A stretch of 64,000 bases of DNA from Octopus sinensis (taxonomy: Eukaryota): assembly GCF_006345805.1 (NCBI RefSeq), contig NC_043010.1, positions 42,780,001 to 42,844,000 on the forward strand, given 5' to 3'. The notes under the pieces were generated by a model. The model was not told where the DNA came from and ran no database searches. It worked only from the letters and a program-made list of their open reading frames with translations. A program made the position numbers and the translations under genes. This document shows positions 48,753 through 62,440 of the stretch, in pieces (positions within the stretch are counted from its first letter, which is position 1; each line of letters begins with the position of its first letter).

Positions 48753-49667
48753 CAAAGTGGTATCAAAAAGTTCTTGGACTAGTTCTGTAGCATGCCAACA
48801 GATGGCAGCACACAGTTGCACGTACAGTGAGAGTGAGTAGTGACCTTCGTGAGAGAGTGTGCTAAGTGACATCACTACTTACTTCACAAGTTCTGAAATT
48901 TGTGATTTTATGATCACTTGTATACAGTAGTCTGTGATTTTTGTCATGGAAAAGAAGATGGAACAAAGAGGCAAGGTGAAACTCTACGTTAAACTTGGGA
49001 AGTCTGCTACAGAGACAACGAGCATGCTTTGGCAAGCTTACAGTGACAAGGCAATGGGTTGTATGAAATGTTTTGAGTGGCTCTGGCGCTTCAAAAGCGG
49101 AAGAATGTCCCTGGAAGATGACGAGCAATCTATAAGGCCTACCATGAGCATCACCCCTGGAAATGTGGAGAAAACTTCTCAGCTTGTGCATGAGGATCTC
49201 GGAGGACAATCAACAATGTTTTGAAGAGTTTGAGGGAAGAGATTTGACATAAGCGACTAGATGTGTGCAGCATGGAAAATTGGACTTTTCATGACAACAA
49301 TGCACTGTCACTGAGCTCTCCTCACTTGTGAGTTTCTCACCAAAAACAATATGGTATCACTTCTCTATTCTACATCCACCCTATTCACCTGATTTAGCAT
49401 CTGCAGACTTCCATCTCTTCCCCGAGATGAAAATGCAGCTAAAAGATTGCTATTTTAACATTGTCATTGAGATCAAGAGTGAATCTCAGAAGGTCTTAGA
49501 CTTGCTTTCAGAAAATGACTTCCAGGCCAGATTCCAAAAGTGGCAGGAATGCTGAGACCAGTATATCGCTCTACAAGGTGACTATTTTGAAGGAGATGAT
49601 GTTAAAACTTAGGTAAGTTATTTTTTATCAAACATAACTAGTCTGGAGACTTTTTGATACCACCTTG
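48753..49667 (+). mobile_element. Internally deleted mariner transposon
   Basis: TIRs caaagtggtatcaaaaagtt / actttttgataccaccttg; TA at the left flank; MEQRGKVKLYVKLGKSATET..FEW..RFKSGR.SLEDD and HPPYSPDLA..DF motifs. Confidence 0.92.
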
Positions 49668-49794
49668 TTTACATATATATTTGCATACATATGTACATAT
49701 AGATATACATGGGGACACACATATATAATAAACATGTCCATCCAAATAGACATGCACACATTTATATATACACATATAAATACAGGAATAAATA

Positions 49795-49966
49795 AGCACC
49801 CACTACACTCACGAAGTGGTTGGCATTAGGAAGGGCATCCAGCTGTAGAAACACTGCCAGATCAGACTGGAGCCTGGTGCAGCCTTCTGGCTTCCCAGAT
49901 CCCAGTCGAACCGTCCAACCCATGCTAGCATGGAAAATGGATGTTAAACGATGATGACGATGATGA
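49795..49966 (+). mobile_element. RTE-LINE 3' tail / SINE
   Basis: gcacccactacactcacgaagtggttggc...gttaaacgatgatgacgatgatg. Confidence 0.85.
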
Positions 49967-50884
49967 ATGTACATACATTCACCAAACATCCATATGCACA
50001 CACACCCGTACATGCATTCTAAACATGGACATGTACACACACATACACAGACACCAACAAACCCCCATTTGCATAGACACACATATAGATGCATATGCAC
50101 AACTAATACACCCAGCCGATATACACAACTAACACATACACCCATATGTACACACACCCTAGCAAACACACCAGCGAGCTGATGCCATCAGCTCTCACCC
50201 ACACTCACAGAACAGTGATACATATATAGGCATCAGACACTCATATCTATGCACTCATACAGCAGGTATACACACACACACACACATGCACACTCACCAG
50301 CAAATATTGCATAAAACCCTTTAAAGACCAGCCAAGCAGCTGGGCTCCAACAACTTTAGGTCCAGCCATGCAGTCCAATAGATATTTTTTTAGTATATTT
50401 GGTGTTGCTGGAATTTCAGTTCCACTTCTAACACTATGTGACCCATCTTGACCAGTAGCAGCCCAGTTTCCAGTAGTTTTCTTGGACTTGCTGCACCTCT
50501 CCATTTAGTTAATTGAGTCTGACACCATAGGTTTCTGTACAGAATCTATGAAACATTAAATTGCATGGAGCCAAATTAAACTGAAATAAGACACACACAC
50601 ACACACACACAGTGTATTGGGTGCTTTTTTCTTGGCACCGGTACCAGAGGGATCACTAAGTCACTTACAAGACAAAGACCTCTCAGCTGAGAGGGAGTGG
50701 AACCAAGGGAAGTGGGTGTGAGCCAGGTGAGAGGTTACAATATAACAGGGACAGAGATAGTTGTCTTACTATATGGGAGATGTGTGGATACTCCAATAGG
50801 ACAGGGAAGAGGAGAGAAAGTGAAATAAATGGTACTGGGGATATATTGGACCTATTTATAGGGAACAGTGGAGGGGAATATAAT

Positions 50885-51186
50885 TGGCTCTCAATCAGTT
50901 ATGACAAGGGTTCCAGTTGATCTGATCAATGGAACAGCTTGCTCATGAAATTAATGTACAAGTGGATGAGTACTCCACAGATACATGTACTCTTAACATA
51001 GTTCTCAGTGGGATTCAGTATTACACAAAATGTAACAAGGCTGGCCCTCTGAAATACTGGTACTACTCATTTGTGCTAGCTGAGTGGATTGGAGCAATGT
51101 GAAATAAAGGGTCTTGTTCCAGGAATCAAACTCACAACCTTACGATTGTGAACCAAGTACCCTAAACATTAAGTAGTGTGCCTTCA
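50885..51186 (-). mobile_element. Older tRNA-derived SINE (distinct family)
   Basis: Minus-strand head gtgaaggcac...tttagggtacttggttcacaatcgtaaggttgtgagtttgattcc; CORE-like gagcaatgtgaaataaag segment. Confidence 0.65.
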
Positions 51187-51559
51187 CAGGTGAGTACATG
51201 TAGTACAGAGGAGATAGAGGGAGATGTTCCATAAGAGTGTGAGGGGAGATATTTAGAGATGGGGAAGACATGTAGCAAGCAATGGTAAGAGAAAATGGAG
51301 TGGCAGAAAGAGCCGGGTATAGTAGATATGTTAGAATAGGGAGAGTGCACAGATAGGTACATGAGGGAGAGTGGAGAGGCCTGCAGTGGGTGGTGATCAT
51401 GGTTAGTGAGATGGGAGTATTGGGAAGATAGGTAGTAGAAGTGTTTTGACAGAGGACTGATTCTGTGTGTATGTGAGGAGAACATGGTCACAAAGGACAC
51501 ACCTGCATGTATGGATGACCACTATTTTACTATTTAACATGTCTTCTCAAGTACAGTAA

Positions 51560-52905
51560 ATTACTAGACATTTTGGCCCCTTGTCATTTCCTCTGTGAGG
51601 CTCCACATCTGAAGATCCTTTTTCATCACTTCATTCCACATCTTTCCGGGTTTACTTTTTCCACAATTAGAGATCAGCACTTCTTTATGCAAATGTCCTC
51701 ATCCATATGCATCACATGATCATACCAGCACAGTCTTCTCTCTGGCACACTACATCTAATGCCTCTCATAACCAATTTTTCTCTTTTAAAAAAAGATCAA
51801 AACACTTATGCTCTGTCATACATGCACACTGACATTGCACATCCAGTGGAGCATGCTGGCTTCATTTCTATCAAGCCTTCACATGCTCTCTGTAGTCATT
51901 GCCCATGTTTCACTGCCATGTAGCATAGCTGTTCATACACAGGCATCATACAATCTGCCTTTCACTCTGAGGGAGGGGCCCTTTATTACCGACAATGGTA
52001 GTAGCTCTCTGAATTTTACCCAGCCCATTCTTATTCAATCAACTACACTTTCAGCATATCCTCCTCTACTGCTAACTTGGTTACCTAGGTAACAGAAGTT
52101 GTCTACTATTTCTAAAGATACCCTCAGACATTTGAGTAGTCTATTTTCTGTGCATTCTTAGTGTTTATTGTACCTGAACACAAAATCTGCTTTCACTATT
52201 AACCTCCTATGATACCACTGCACCTCTTATTTGTCCATAGTTTGCACTAGGTACACCATATAGAATTTCTTCCAACAATTTTTCTATATATCAAGCAGGG
52301 CCATCTTCCCAAAGGTATTAGTAATTTTTCTTTTTTTCCTACTTACTAGGACCTTGGTCTTTGCTAAATTAACTCTTGATTCCAGACCTTGCTACCACAC
52401 CTGAAATTTCTTCTCCAGTTCTGGTAGCGATTCACTTATAAGAACAAGGTCATCAGCATAGAGCATCTCCCAATGACAGCCAGTCTTAATTTCTTCCATT
52501 ATATCCTGAAGGACTATGATAAACAAGAGCAGGCTGAGAACCAATCCTTGGTGAACTCCTATCTGTACATAAGTTCCTTACTATACTCACTGCTGACTTT
52601 CACCTTACTGATGATATACATAGCGTGTATAGCTCTTCACCAACCGCTAATCTAGCTCTAGCTTCTGCATTGACATCCGGATATGGGAACAGGGGACCCA
52701 GTCAAAGGCTTAAACAAAGGTCAACAAAAGCCAAGAACAGATATTTATTCTTGGTAAGATGCTTCTCCTGCAGTTGCCTTGCCAGGAATATCAGTAGTGC
52801 TTCTCCCAGGTACAAAAATATCAGTAGTGATTCTCCCAGGCACAAAACCAAACTGCATCTCATCTAGGCTAACTCTCTTCCTAATTAGTTGAGGGTTAGG
52901 GTTAG
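51560..52905 (-). mobile_element. RTE LINE RT relic
   Basis: DEMQFGFVPGR.TTD, LAFVDL..AFD.VP, GVHQG..LS.LLFII, WEMLYADDLVL; ~30-bp tandem duplication near 52780-52845. Confidence 0.9.
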
Positions 52906-53436
52906 GACTCTTCTGTAACTTTCATGACTTGGTCTAGCAATTTGATACCTCAATAGTTATTTCTATCACCTTTAATCTTAGTAGCAGTTGAGTGTAATGC
53001 AGCTACACTAGTCGATGGGTACCATGTCCCTCGTGGACAACTTGGTACATACATGTACACACATTCACACACAAACAAGCATACACATATAAACATATAT
53101 GTATATACATGTGTGTATCTAAAAATTATTTTAAAAATATTTCTTGATAAAGTCATATTTGAATGATTTCCAATTTTAAAGTACTAATTTATAAAAAAAA
53201 AAAAAGAACATCTTTAAAAATACTATTAGCAGACACTTCATAGAACACGTTTATATAAATCTATTTTATTAAAAATTTTGTTTTACATAAGTAGTAATTT
53301 TTCATTTAGAAAAAAAGCTTTTCAAATACATACACATACATACGCGTGCACGCACGTACACATACATGTATATGTACATACACGTAATATATATACATAC
53401 ACCAATATATACACACGTTTTTAGATATATATCGAT

Positions 53437-53481
<45 letters not shown>

Positions 53482-55779
53482 CCAAACAGTTGTGTTTTTA
53501 ACCGAGTGTAATTTTTTAAATGGTGATTGGGTATGCTTGACCATTCTGTTATATGTATATATTATGGAATAGCATTTCTTCCATAGGAATGCATTAGCAT
53601 TTGACAAATGTTAATATATGCTGTGAAGTAATCCCCATAGCGAAGAATCGGTAAATTTTACCTAATAATCTACCACCTGTTCATTTTAATTTCCTTTCAT
53701 GTTATATCAAAATAGTTTATAAAAGTTGAAAGGAACTTCTAAATATTTCTCTTTGTTGAAAACGAAAATCTAATTTGTTGACAACTGTAGGAGTTTTCAG
53801 ATACTTAGACATTAAAAAAAAAAATTATGACATAATTTGCTTTGGGGGCCTTCATTTCCGTAGAAATTAAATCAAATTCTGTTAATCTTTGTAAAGTGAC
53901 TATCGATATATAGTACATATATATTTTTTTTATCCCTAATTACCCTGACGGATACAGATTTAATATGAATAATACACTCTGCGACTAAAAGTCAAGCACT
54001 TCAAATCCACAGATTTGAATATACATACACGACCATCCAAGACAAGATGATTTCTGTGACATCAAACTGGCTACTTTATTCGTAGGACAGAAATAACGAA
54101 AATAATTTACAAGCTATGTTAGAATAAGGGTAAAATGAAATGCATCTTGTTTTTTGTTCTATTTTCTTAAATTATTATGTCTTGTCGTTGTTGTTGTTAT
54201 TATTATTTACTTATTTATTTATTTATTAACATATTTCTACAAAGAAAAAGTCGATCGTAAAATTTCCCTATATAATCTTCAGCAGAAACGTTAATGTGAG
54301 TTGATGTTTTAGTCCGAATAGCAAGAATATGAAACGACGATACATTTTTGGAGATTTAAAAAATATATACATAGTTAGAAAGAGGTGGGGAGAGAGAGAG
54401 GTACGTTTGTTTAAGAGAAATGATAAGGAAGAGAGACGAGAGGGAACAGGACCAAGTAAGCATTGACACATCCATACATAATTACACTAATTTTCCTATT
54501 CTTTCTCCCACCATCTTCCACATTTCATTATAAACAAAATCGCCACATTAAAAAACATAAAAAAAACATAATAAAATAAACAAGAAACAGCAGTGTGAAA
54601 AGGGAGAGAAAACCGTTTCAGTTTACCTTTTATAAATAAAGAAATGAATAGTCACCACCAACAGTGTAATCGAAGTCATGAGATGACATTGGAATTCACT
54701 GGTGATCGTTGAGGGAAAAACTTGCTTTGGATCCCTCACTTTGTATCCGTCCACTAAACAATGAATAGGGAGCTCACGTAATTCATCGTCTTCGTTCAAT
54801 ATGTGTTGTTACTTTCATTCACGAGTTTTAATATATTTGGGAATAAAATTTCTTTCTTTCTTATTTTTCCTTTCTTTTTCTTTTTTGTTTTCATTTTAAC
54901 CGAATATCCCTTGTACTTTACCTAAAGTTAATTCTTTTGGAACATCAAACACTCACACGAGACCGGGCATCTGATAATGGACACCTCTTGAACAACCACA
55001 CCGGAATGTATTTTTTTGAAACCTTTTTTTTTTTTTCCCCCTGTTCCATTTTTTCACAGTGAAATATTTAAATTTGATTTTCGATAACTTACTTTTTAAT
55101 GGATGTCCAATTATGAATATTTAATCAATATCTACATCTTGTAATGCAATAATGAATATTGGTCATTTTTTTTTTTTTATGATTTTAGTATTTCATTTTA
55201 TTGTATCTTTACATTTTCTTTCAATGAATAAAATTCAGTCACTTATAGAACGATCATTTGCAATCACACACATGTATGTGTGTATATGTATGTGTGCGCG
55301 CGCGTGTATATTTGTATATTATATGACCGAAGAGTTAACACGTTAGTTCGGGAAAATTGGACGGATGGAAACTGTGCGGAAACCCAGAAGTTTTGTACTT
55401 GCATTTCGAAGGACCAACATTGTCACAGAGTCAACCTGATTGTACTTTCAATGTAATATCCTTTACCTGATAATTTAATGATCATGTAATTCAGTTGATC
55501 AAACAACTGAATACTTATTGTAGGCATCGAAGATCTATTTACTATGTAGCGTTTGTGTATATCTTACACACACACATGTATAATCACGCACACACACGTT
55601 TAGTGTTGACTGTCAGTGGAAAGGAATATTCAGACCAATAATGATTATACTTTGGTCGAATCAGTCTCTTACTACTCTAGCTATTCAACAGAACTAATAT
55701 TGCAACAATATACTAACCAAAAAGTGTTTTTCTCAATTATATAAGGTACTTTGAGAGTACTCCCATCAAGAAACATAGG

Positions 55780-56165
55780 TCCAAAATCAAAAAGGTGATA
55801 TGGTTTAACCCACCCTCCTGCACTAATGTATCTATCTATATAAGCGGATGCTTTTTTACCCTCATTAGAAAAAGTACTTCTCTAGTTCACGCAGATACAG
55901 TAAAATATTTAATTAGAATACAGTTAAGGTCAGCCATACCTGCCTTGACAACAATTATTGAATCAAAACAAAGCAACCAAAGATATTAACAATTCAAACT
56001 CATTGGGCTGTAGTTACAGAGACAGGTCACAATGTCCACTCAAAAATAAATGTGTCTCTAAAGAATTTGTTTGTAAGGCCAAAGTATATAGCAGTGGAGA
56101 CACTACCAAAATGTATATTAGGTTGACAGACAACACGTTTAAGGCCCATTTCATGCAACATATAT
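55780..56165 (+). pseudogene. Penelope-like linker/GIY-YIG relic
   Basis: KVIWFNPP..NV and CSYRDRSQCPLKNKC....CKAKV.....MYI..TDNTFK. Confidence 0.8.
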
Positions 56166-56289
56166 ACATTTAGAAACATGGTTGAGGAACTCCGTATATT
56201 GTTTGGTGAAGTAATGGTGAAGTATCAATACAATAATGGCAATTATATAATACACAAAGCTTTGGTCAGCACGGAGCTCTAATGAAAGA

Positions 56290-56375
56290 GAATTACTTAA
56301 TGTGCTGCACAGTGGGACTGGACCCAAGGTAACATGGTTGGAAAATAAGCTTCTCAACCACACAGCCATACCTAT
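56290..56375 (-). mobile_element. SINE family A head fragment
   Basis: gtgctgcacagtgggactggacc...caaccacacagccatacct. Confidence 0.7.
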
Positions 56376-56510
56376 AAAGAAGAGATACATTTTGGATAAT
56401 ATACTCCTTGATACAGTATGCCTAACAAAAAGATGAGATGTTTATGGTGAGAAGACCTTTGATTTTAATATTTACTCGAGCAATGTAACAACTAAAAACA
56501 TTACACTTTA

Positions 56511-56988
56511 CAGGGTGTTCCAGAATTAACTATCTGTTTCAATGAAATTGAGCAAATTTTTAAAAAACTGACAGAATTTTATGTTTATTACCAAAACAAA
56601 TAGATTTATAAATCTTACGTCAAACTTTTATTGAAAATTTTTAACAATGTCTGTATCCCTGCATACTTCAAATCTCTCCTTAGCATTGTGGAACACATTT
56701 TAAAGCATTTCAGGAGTTAGCTCCTGCACAATTAACTGAATGTGTTCTTTAAGCTCAGCTAAATGATTGCTTCATCATGGAGGTGAAGAAAATGATTGCT
56801 GCCAAATTGAAAAGAAAAGCTGTCATGGACAAATAAGAGGGATCCAATAGGAATGAAAATGAAATTATAAACAAAATTCAAAATTTATACACTTTTAACA
56901 CATTTCGAACATGATAAACATAAATGAAAGTGTGTTTTTCAAAAAATGCATCTGATTTCACTCAACTTATTAATTCTGGGACACCCTG
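56511..56988 (-). mobile_element. Tc1/mariner-family deletion derivative
   Basis: TIRs cagggtgttccagaattaa / ttaattctgggacaccctg with TA TSD; minus frame HLAELKEHIQLIVQELTPEML is a transposase C-terminus. Confidence 0.85.
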
Positions 56989-57839
56989 TATTCACTCGTC
57001 CAACTAAACTAAGGAGGGAACACAGGAGTACTAATTGCAGGTGGCGAGCATAGCTTCCAGAAATGGTCATGCGGTCAAATTCAAATGGCTGTGAGTCACA
57101 ACAGCAGTGTGCTTTTTGTATGAATATTTTGCATTATGTAGTGCAGACATAGATGATGTAGAAAGCAGACATGCTGCTGGGCCATGCTGCATTGTGCAGG
57201 ATTGGAAACATGAGACATCAACAGGGCACTTCTGGAGAATGAATGAAAGGGTTTGTTTTGCCTTTACCCAGACACACACACATGCACATGAAGTATCAAC
57301 AGGATGCTGACAAAAATTTTAATGTTCTTCGCATTTCCTCTACCAAATTGGACAAAAAGGTTTTCATGAAATGTTATATGCTACTTATAATGCATAAGTA
57401 GTGTCCATATTTTATTGTTGGAAAATGGCCTAAAACAAAGATAAAACCCAGTGCAGTATACTCAAATATAGAAATAGAGAGGCAGAAATAGGTGTCTTGC
57501 TATAGAGGAGGTACATGGTTATGCACAGAGAGAGAGAGAGAGAGAGTGACCAAAGGGAAAGAGAGCAGAAAACAGCAAAAGTGTAAGAGAGAGCAGAAGA
57601 GAGATGGTGATGTGCTAGGGTATACTCACAAGTAACAAAAATATGAGTGTAGAACCTGGTTAGAAAAATAGGGAGTGGGTGTGGGGAGCAGTGACACAGT
57701 GAGGGCAAGAAAGGGGATTGGAAAACAATCATAATGTACGAGGAGGAAATGTGAGGAAGAGAAACATGCAATTAGAAGAGGAGTTGTAGTTTGATTTCTT
57801 AAGATAGAGTGGGTGAAAAGTGTGTAGTTACATGTGGGT

Positions 57840-58112
57840 GGAACACAACTCTTATATATATATTTGTATGTATGTATATATATGTGTGTTTGTGTGTGTA
57901 TATATATATACATATATATATGTATATATGTATGTGTGTGTTTGTCTCCTGTCCCGTCACCACTTGACAACCAGTGTTGGTGTGTTTATGTCCCCGTAAC
58001 TTAGCAGTTTGGCAAAAGAGACTGATAGAATAGGCTTAAAAAATAAGTCTTTCAAAGCAGTGCTCCAGCATGGCTGCAGTCAAATGACTGAAATAACTAA
58101 AAGAATAAAAGA
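57840..58112 (+). mobile_element. SINE family A, 3' half
   Basis: cttgacaaccagtgttggtgtgtttatgtccccgtaacttagc...caaatgactgaaataactaaaagaataaaaga. Confidence 0.8.
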
Positions 58113-58114
58113 AT

Positions 58115-58730
58115 ACTATAACCAACAGAAAATACTACAAAATTTTAATGTCCTAGTAAATTTATACTGTAAAGTCTTAACTGATAAAGAATACTATATA
58201 ACCAATTTAAAATGCAAAACAAGTAATTTTTAATGGATTACCAAAATTGCACAAAAGTAAAATTATAAATGATGCCAGCACAGAATCGTCATCTTTCTAA
58301 AATGTTCTTTGCCCAAATGATTTATAATTAAGACTAAAAGTGGGAGGTTCATCGTGAAACCTATCAATTGAGTAATTTCTATGACATTACTGAAACTGTA
58401 TTGTAAACATATACAAATTTACAAAAGAGATGGCTTTGATATGTTAAATCACCTCCCACGTACAGTGTATGAAGAACTCTTTAAGCTTCATTTAATGCAG
58501 TTACCCTGAATATAAATATGCAAGATGAATATGGAATAGGAGTAATAAATTTTGGCCAAATAAATGTACTCAAGAATTATGAAACCATATAGGTAAAGAA
58601 TTCTTTTTAGAAAGATTTCAATTTACTCTCATAACAACCCTCTTAATTTTGGCCAAGCCAAGACAAAAATTTGAAACAGTAATGGGAATAAAGGTAGCTC
58701 CTGCATATGCAAATTTGGTAATGGGATAGC
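58115..58730 (+). pseudogene. Penelope-like reverse transcriptase relic
   Basis: LTDKEY..TN.K.KTSNF.GLPKLHKS, ETYQLSN..DI.LK..KHI....D..DMLNHLP, VMGIKVAPAYANLVMG. Confidence 0.85.
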
Positions 58731-58759
58731 CAACAATGCTGCAGGATGGCAGTGTTATT

Positions 58760-61350
58760 TCAGAAATATGCGCAATCTTGGTGTGGTCAGGTGTGAAGTC
58801 ACTGTTCCTGGATATGAACTGTAGTGAACAAGGTGCTCCAAACTAGAGGCCATCTATACCTCTATAGCAGCAGAACAGCTGGTTTATTCAGACATGTAGC
58901 TTTCCTGAAAATGTTCCAGTCACTACTACTAGTAAGGACTGGAACTGTATGGAACTAGTGCATTGGAGAAGTGGGTGCAAAAGACTCAAAAACCTGCTCA
59001 TAAATTTCCAACTGGCTGCAGTTACCAGCTAGATTTCCCTGATGTGCCAGTGTGGACATGAATCAACTACAGTGAGACATCAGCTACACAAACCACAAGT
59101 TTGTGAATTTCCTGGTCAATTTAGGTAGGGCCCATAGACAGGGACCTAGTTACTGGAAGATGAATATATCTTTATTAGCATGCAAAGACTACAGGGACCA
59201 TATTATGAATTGGTCAAGTAGTAGCTGATGGGAATAATCACCAACTTGTGGTGGGTCACTCTGAAGAGGGTGATTATATCGGAATTGATAGCATTTAGCA
59301 AAAAACTAGCACTAGAGAGTAGATTCTTCCAGAAGAAGCAATTAGTAAACGCATCACAAATCACATTCTTAGTTATAGTACCCCTTGACTATTTATTCAA
59401 CATAAAACATGAAGGCTGTGTTGTCAGGACTCAGAACCATATGTGGGAAACTGTTTGATGCGCCTAAGTGAAACTGGTGAGAGTTACACGATTTCAAGCA
59501 AATGTGTGTGGCATTCCAGGAACACTTTGTTCAACCGTTCATAATGGGCAGGATATGGTAGCAGACTTGAATTCCTATCTCAATGACATGCAGTGACTCC
59601 TGGCAGAAGACGCAAATCAGCAAATTTGGATGGTTTGCCCCCTCATGCTTTATGATTTTGTCAGATTGTTTTGGTGAGCTCTTGACAGACATCTCTTGCA
59701 AATTGCAGCTGAATGAGAATGAATTGGGGATTTTCTATTCTTCTATTTTTTTTTCTTCAATTTGTTTCAGTCATTTGACAGTGGCCTTTAGTCGAGCAAA
59801 TCGATTCGATCCCAGGACTTATTCTTTGTAAGCCTAGTACTTATCGGTTCTCTTGCCGAACCACTAAGTGTCGGGGAGTAAACACATCAGCATCGGTTGA
59901 CAAGCGATGTTGGGTGGGGGGACAAACACAGACGCACACATGCATTCATATAGATACACGACGGGCTTCTTTCAGTTTCCGTCTACTAAATCCACTCACA
60001 AGGCTTTGGTCGGCCTGAGGCTATAATAGAAGACACTTGCCCAAGATGCCACACAGTGGGACTGAACCCCAAACCATGTGGTTGGTAAGCAAGCTACTTA
60101 CCACACAGCCACTCCATAACATATGGTTATGTTGTTGGCAAAGAATGCTGACAAATTTTGGCCTATAACTTTTTTAAGCATAAAGTTTAAGATTTTGGAC
60201 AAGGTCTTAGTGAAATTGTTGATGCTTGTTGTTAAAAGTATGAGTGGAGAAACACATACACGTGCAATTCCAAATAGGTCCATCTATGACAACTGATACT
60301 TTATGCGACACATCAGAGAGAGGTTTAGGGACAAAGCTGATTTTGGTGGGGCTCTGATCAATCTAGATCAGTAAATGGCATTTGACAAGGCTGACCATTG
60401 CTTCTAGGCAGGCACCCTGAAAGTGAATGAGTTGGAGTACACTTCCAGAGCTGCATTGCTGCAATGCATAGTAGTGCCGATATGGTGGTAAAAATAAAAC
60501 AGTTCCTAGGCTACCTCCTCCAGCCTCTTCTGTAAGTACTGGCTCTTGAGCTACTGCTGTGGGAAGATGGAATGGTTGATGGGCATCCCTTTCAAGCTGT
60601 CACCCATGAGGTACTGGCTCTTGAGCTACTGCTGTGGGAAGATGGAACGGTTGATGGGCATCCCTTTCAAGCTGTCACCCAGGAGGGCCATGTCACCATA
60701 AGTGACTGACGTCACTATCTATGGAAGTGGAGGCAGTCAGCACCATTCTAAAAAAATGAGTTGGTTGTAAGAACTAAGGTCAATCTGAGCATCTTGAGAG
60801 GCAGGTCCATGCTGTCAGTGTAGTAGAACACTTGATCGACAGACAAGTTAAACTGGTGGTGGGGGTCTGGTTCGCTCCTGACTGCCAGATAGATAGAAAG
60901 TGAGATGAGGCGATGACCCCCATCTTACCCAGAAATGGGCCAAGCAGATGTCTTTGAAATGTCACGCAGATGTAGTGAATGTCTAAATTACCTTCATTGC
61001 TTACCGCCTGACCATTGTATCTTGCTCTGATTCCCACCTGATATTCAATTTGTTGTTGAAAGGATGTGTTTCACAGCCAGGGAGTCTATCAGCTACCAGC
61101 AGCCTCTACATGGTGAATTAGGCATGATCTGGTTACTGATATGCAGACATGTGCTGAGGCTATACCACTTGTAACGATTCTTAGATGGTGGACAGGTGTG
61201 GGCACCGTTTGAAAGTCATGTCTTTCTGCATCTTGTCTTATTGACAGAGCTGTGATCCTGGGTGAACAAAGGCTGAGACTGGGTACCTGGCATTTAGAGT
61301 GTAGTCTGGCTCTCGCAACCCTATACAAGCCAGGCAACAGGATTGACAGA
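58760..61350 (+). mobile_element. L1/Tx1-like LINE ORF2 relic, interrupted by a SINE
   Basis: EN-like DFPDVPVWT/TNHKFV; WWVTLKR; I.DN..FMR....GALINLDQ..AFDK.DH; VLALELLL; a 71-bp tandem duplication at 60536-60681. Confidence 0.8.
59740..60115 (-). mobile_element. Full-length SINE family A
   Basis: Reverse complement of 31795-32207. Confidence 0.9.
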
Positions 61351-61595
61351 TATTCCACTCTAGCAATTTATAGGGGATAAGGATTAGTGGTGGGAAAGAG
61401 TGATGACATTCCTATGGAGACTTTGGGCATTAATAAAAATGAACCAATTAGTCTGTTCTGGTTAACTTTCCTATCATGGACTACCAGAAATTATGGGGTT
61501 TACTGTGTTACCAGCTTGAGATGCTCTACAAGCATGGAAGTGCTGCTAGGAGAGCCTGTCCAAGATGTGTGCAACATGACAAAATTATTTTGCAT

Positions 61596-62440
61596 GCTTC
61601 TCCAATTTTCTTCAGTTCTTTCCATTCTTTCAGGCTTTTTCTCCATCACCTCAACCATTTATTTTTCACTCCATCCTCTCCCTTTTTTGTCACCTTGATT
61701 TCTTCTTGTTTAATGTCTAGATTTGCTGACTTGGGGGAGTTATGTTGAACAGCTGCTTTCACGTGCAAGATGGATTCAGTTATCAGTCACGTCCATCATA
61801 ATGATTACCTCACTGTCCTCCTCTATTTGATGGCTAAGCAAAAGAAGTGGTGGGTGAAGCTGAAAGATATGGAGACAGAATTTTCTCTTTGGTAGAGCTC
61901 TTATCGATTTTTTCACTTGGAAAGGAAAGTGAGGGTGAAGGAAAAAGTGCTATCTTTAAGTGAATTTATTGAAAGTGAGTATGGTGAAAACAACAAGAAT
62001 GGATGAAACCATGCTATATTTATGCCTGTTAGTTGGAGAGCAGTAATTGGAGAGGGCACTTGCTCTTGGTATTCAGGTAGGTCTTGGATGGTGGAGCTCC
62101 TCAATTGGCCCAAGGTCCTCCTGCATCAAGAGGATAGCATAATCATCTTTTTGTTTTTAATGTTGTATACCATATATACTTACTTTTTAACCAGTTAATT
62201 CTTTGTAAACCCAAAACTTTGTCTCTCTTTGAGACATAATGTTTTGGAGTTTACACAGAATCTGTTGTCCTGGTGGCAAATTATAGAAATTATCATTATT
62301 TTTCTATTTATTTTTTTTTTGGCCAAGCTTCTCCAATTTTCTTCAGCTCTTATCATCCTTTCACGCTTTTTCTCCCTCCCCTCAACCTTTTATTTTTCTC
62401 TCCATCCTCTCCCTTTTTTGTCACTTTGATTTCTTCTTGT
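61596..62440. repeat. Diverged 114-bp direct repeat pair (61596-61709 and 62327-62440)
   Basis: gcttctccaattttcttcag...ttgatttcttcttgt in both copies. Confidence 0.85.

Noticed and set aside
54255-54280. Minus-strand CTGAAGA...GAAA spacing (also at 30836-30856)
   Set aside because: No stable stem II or stem I; expected by chance in AT-rich DNA
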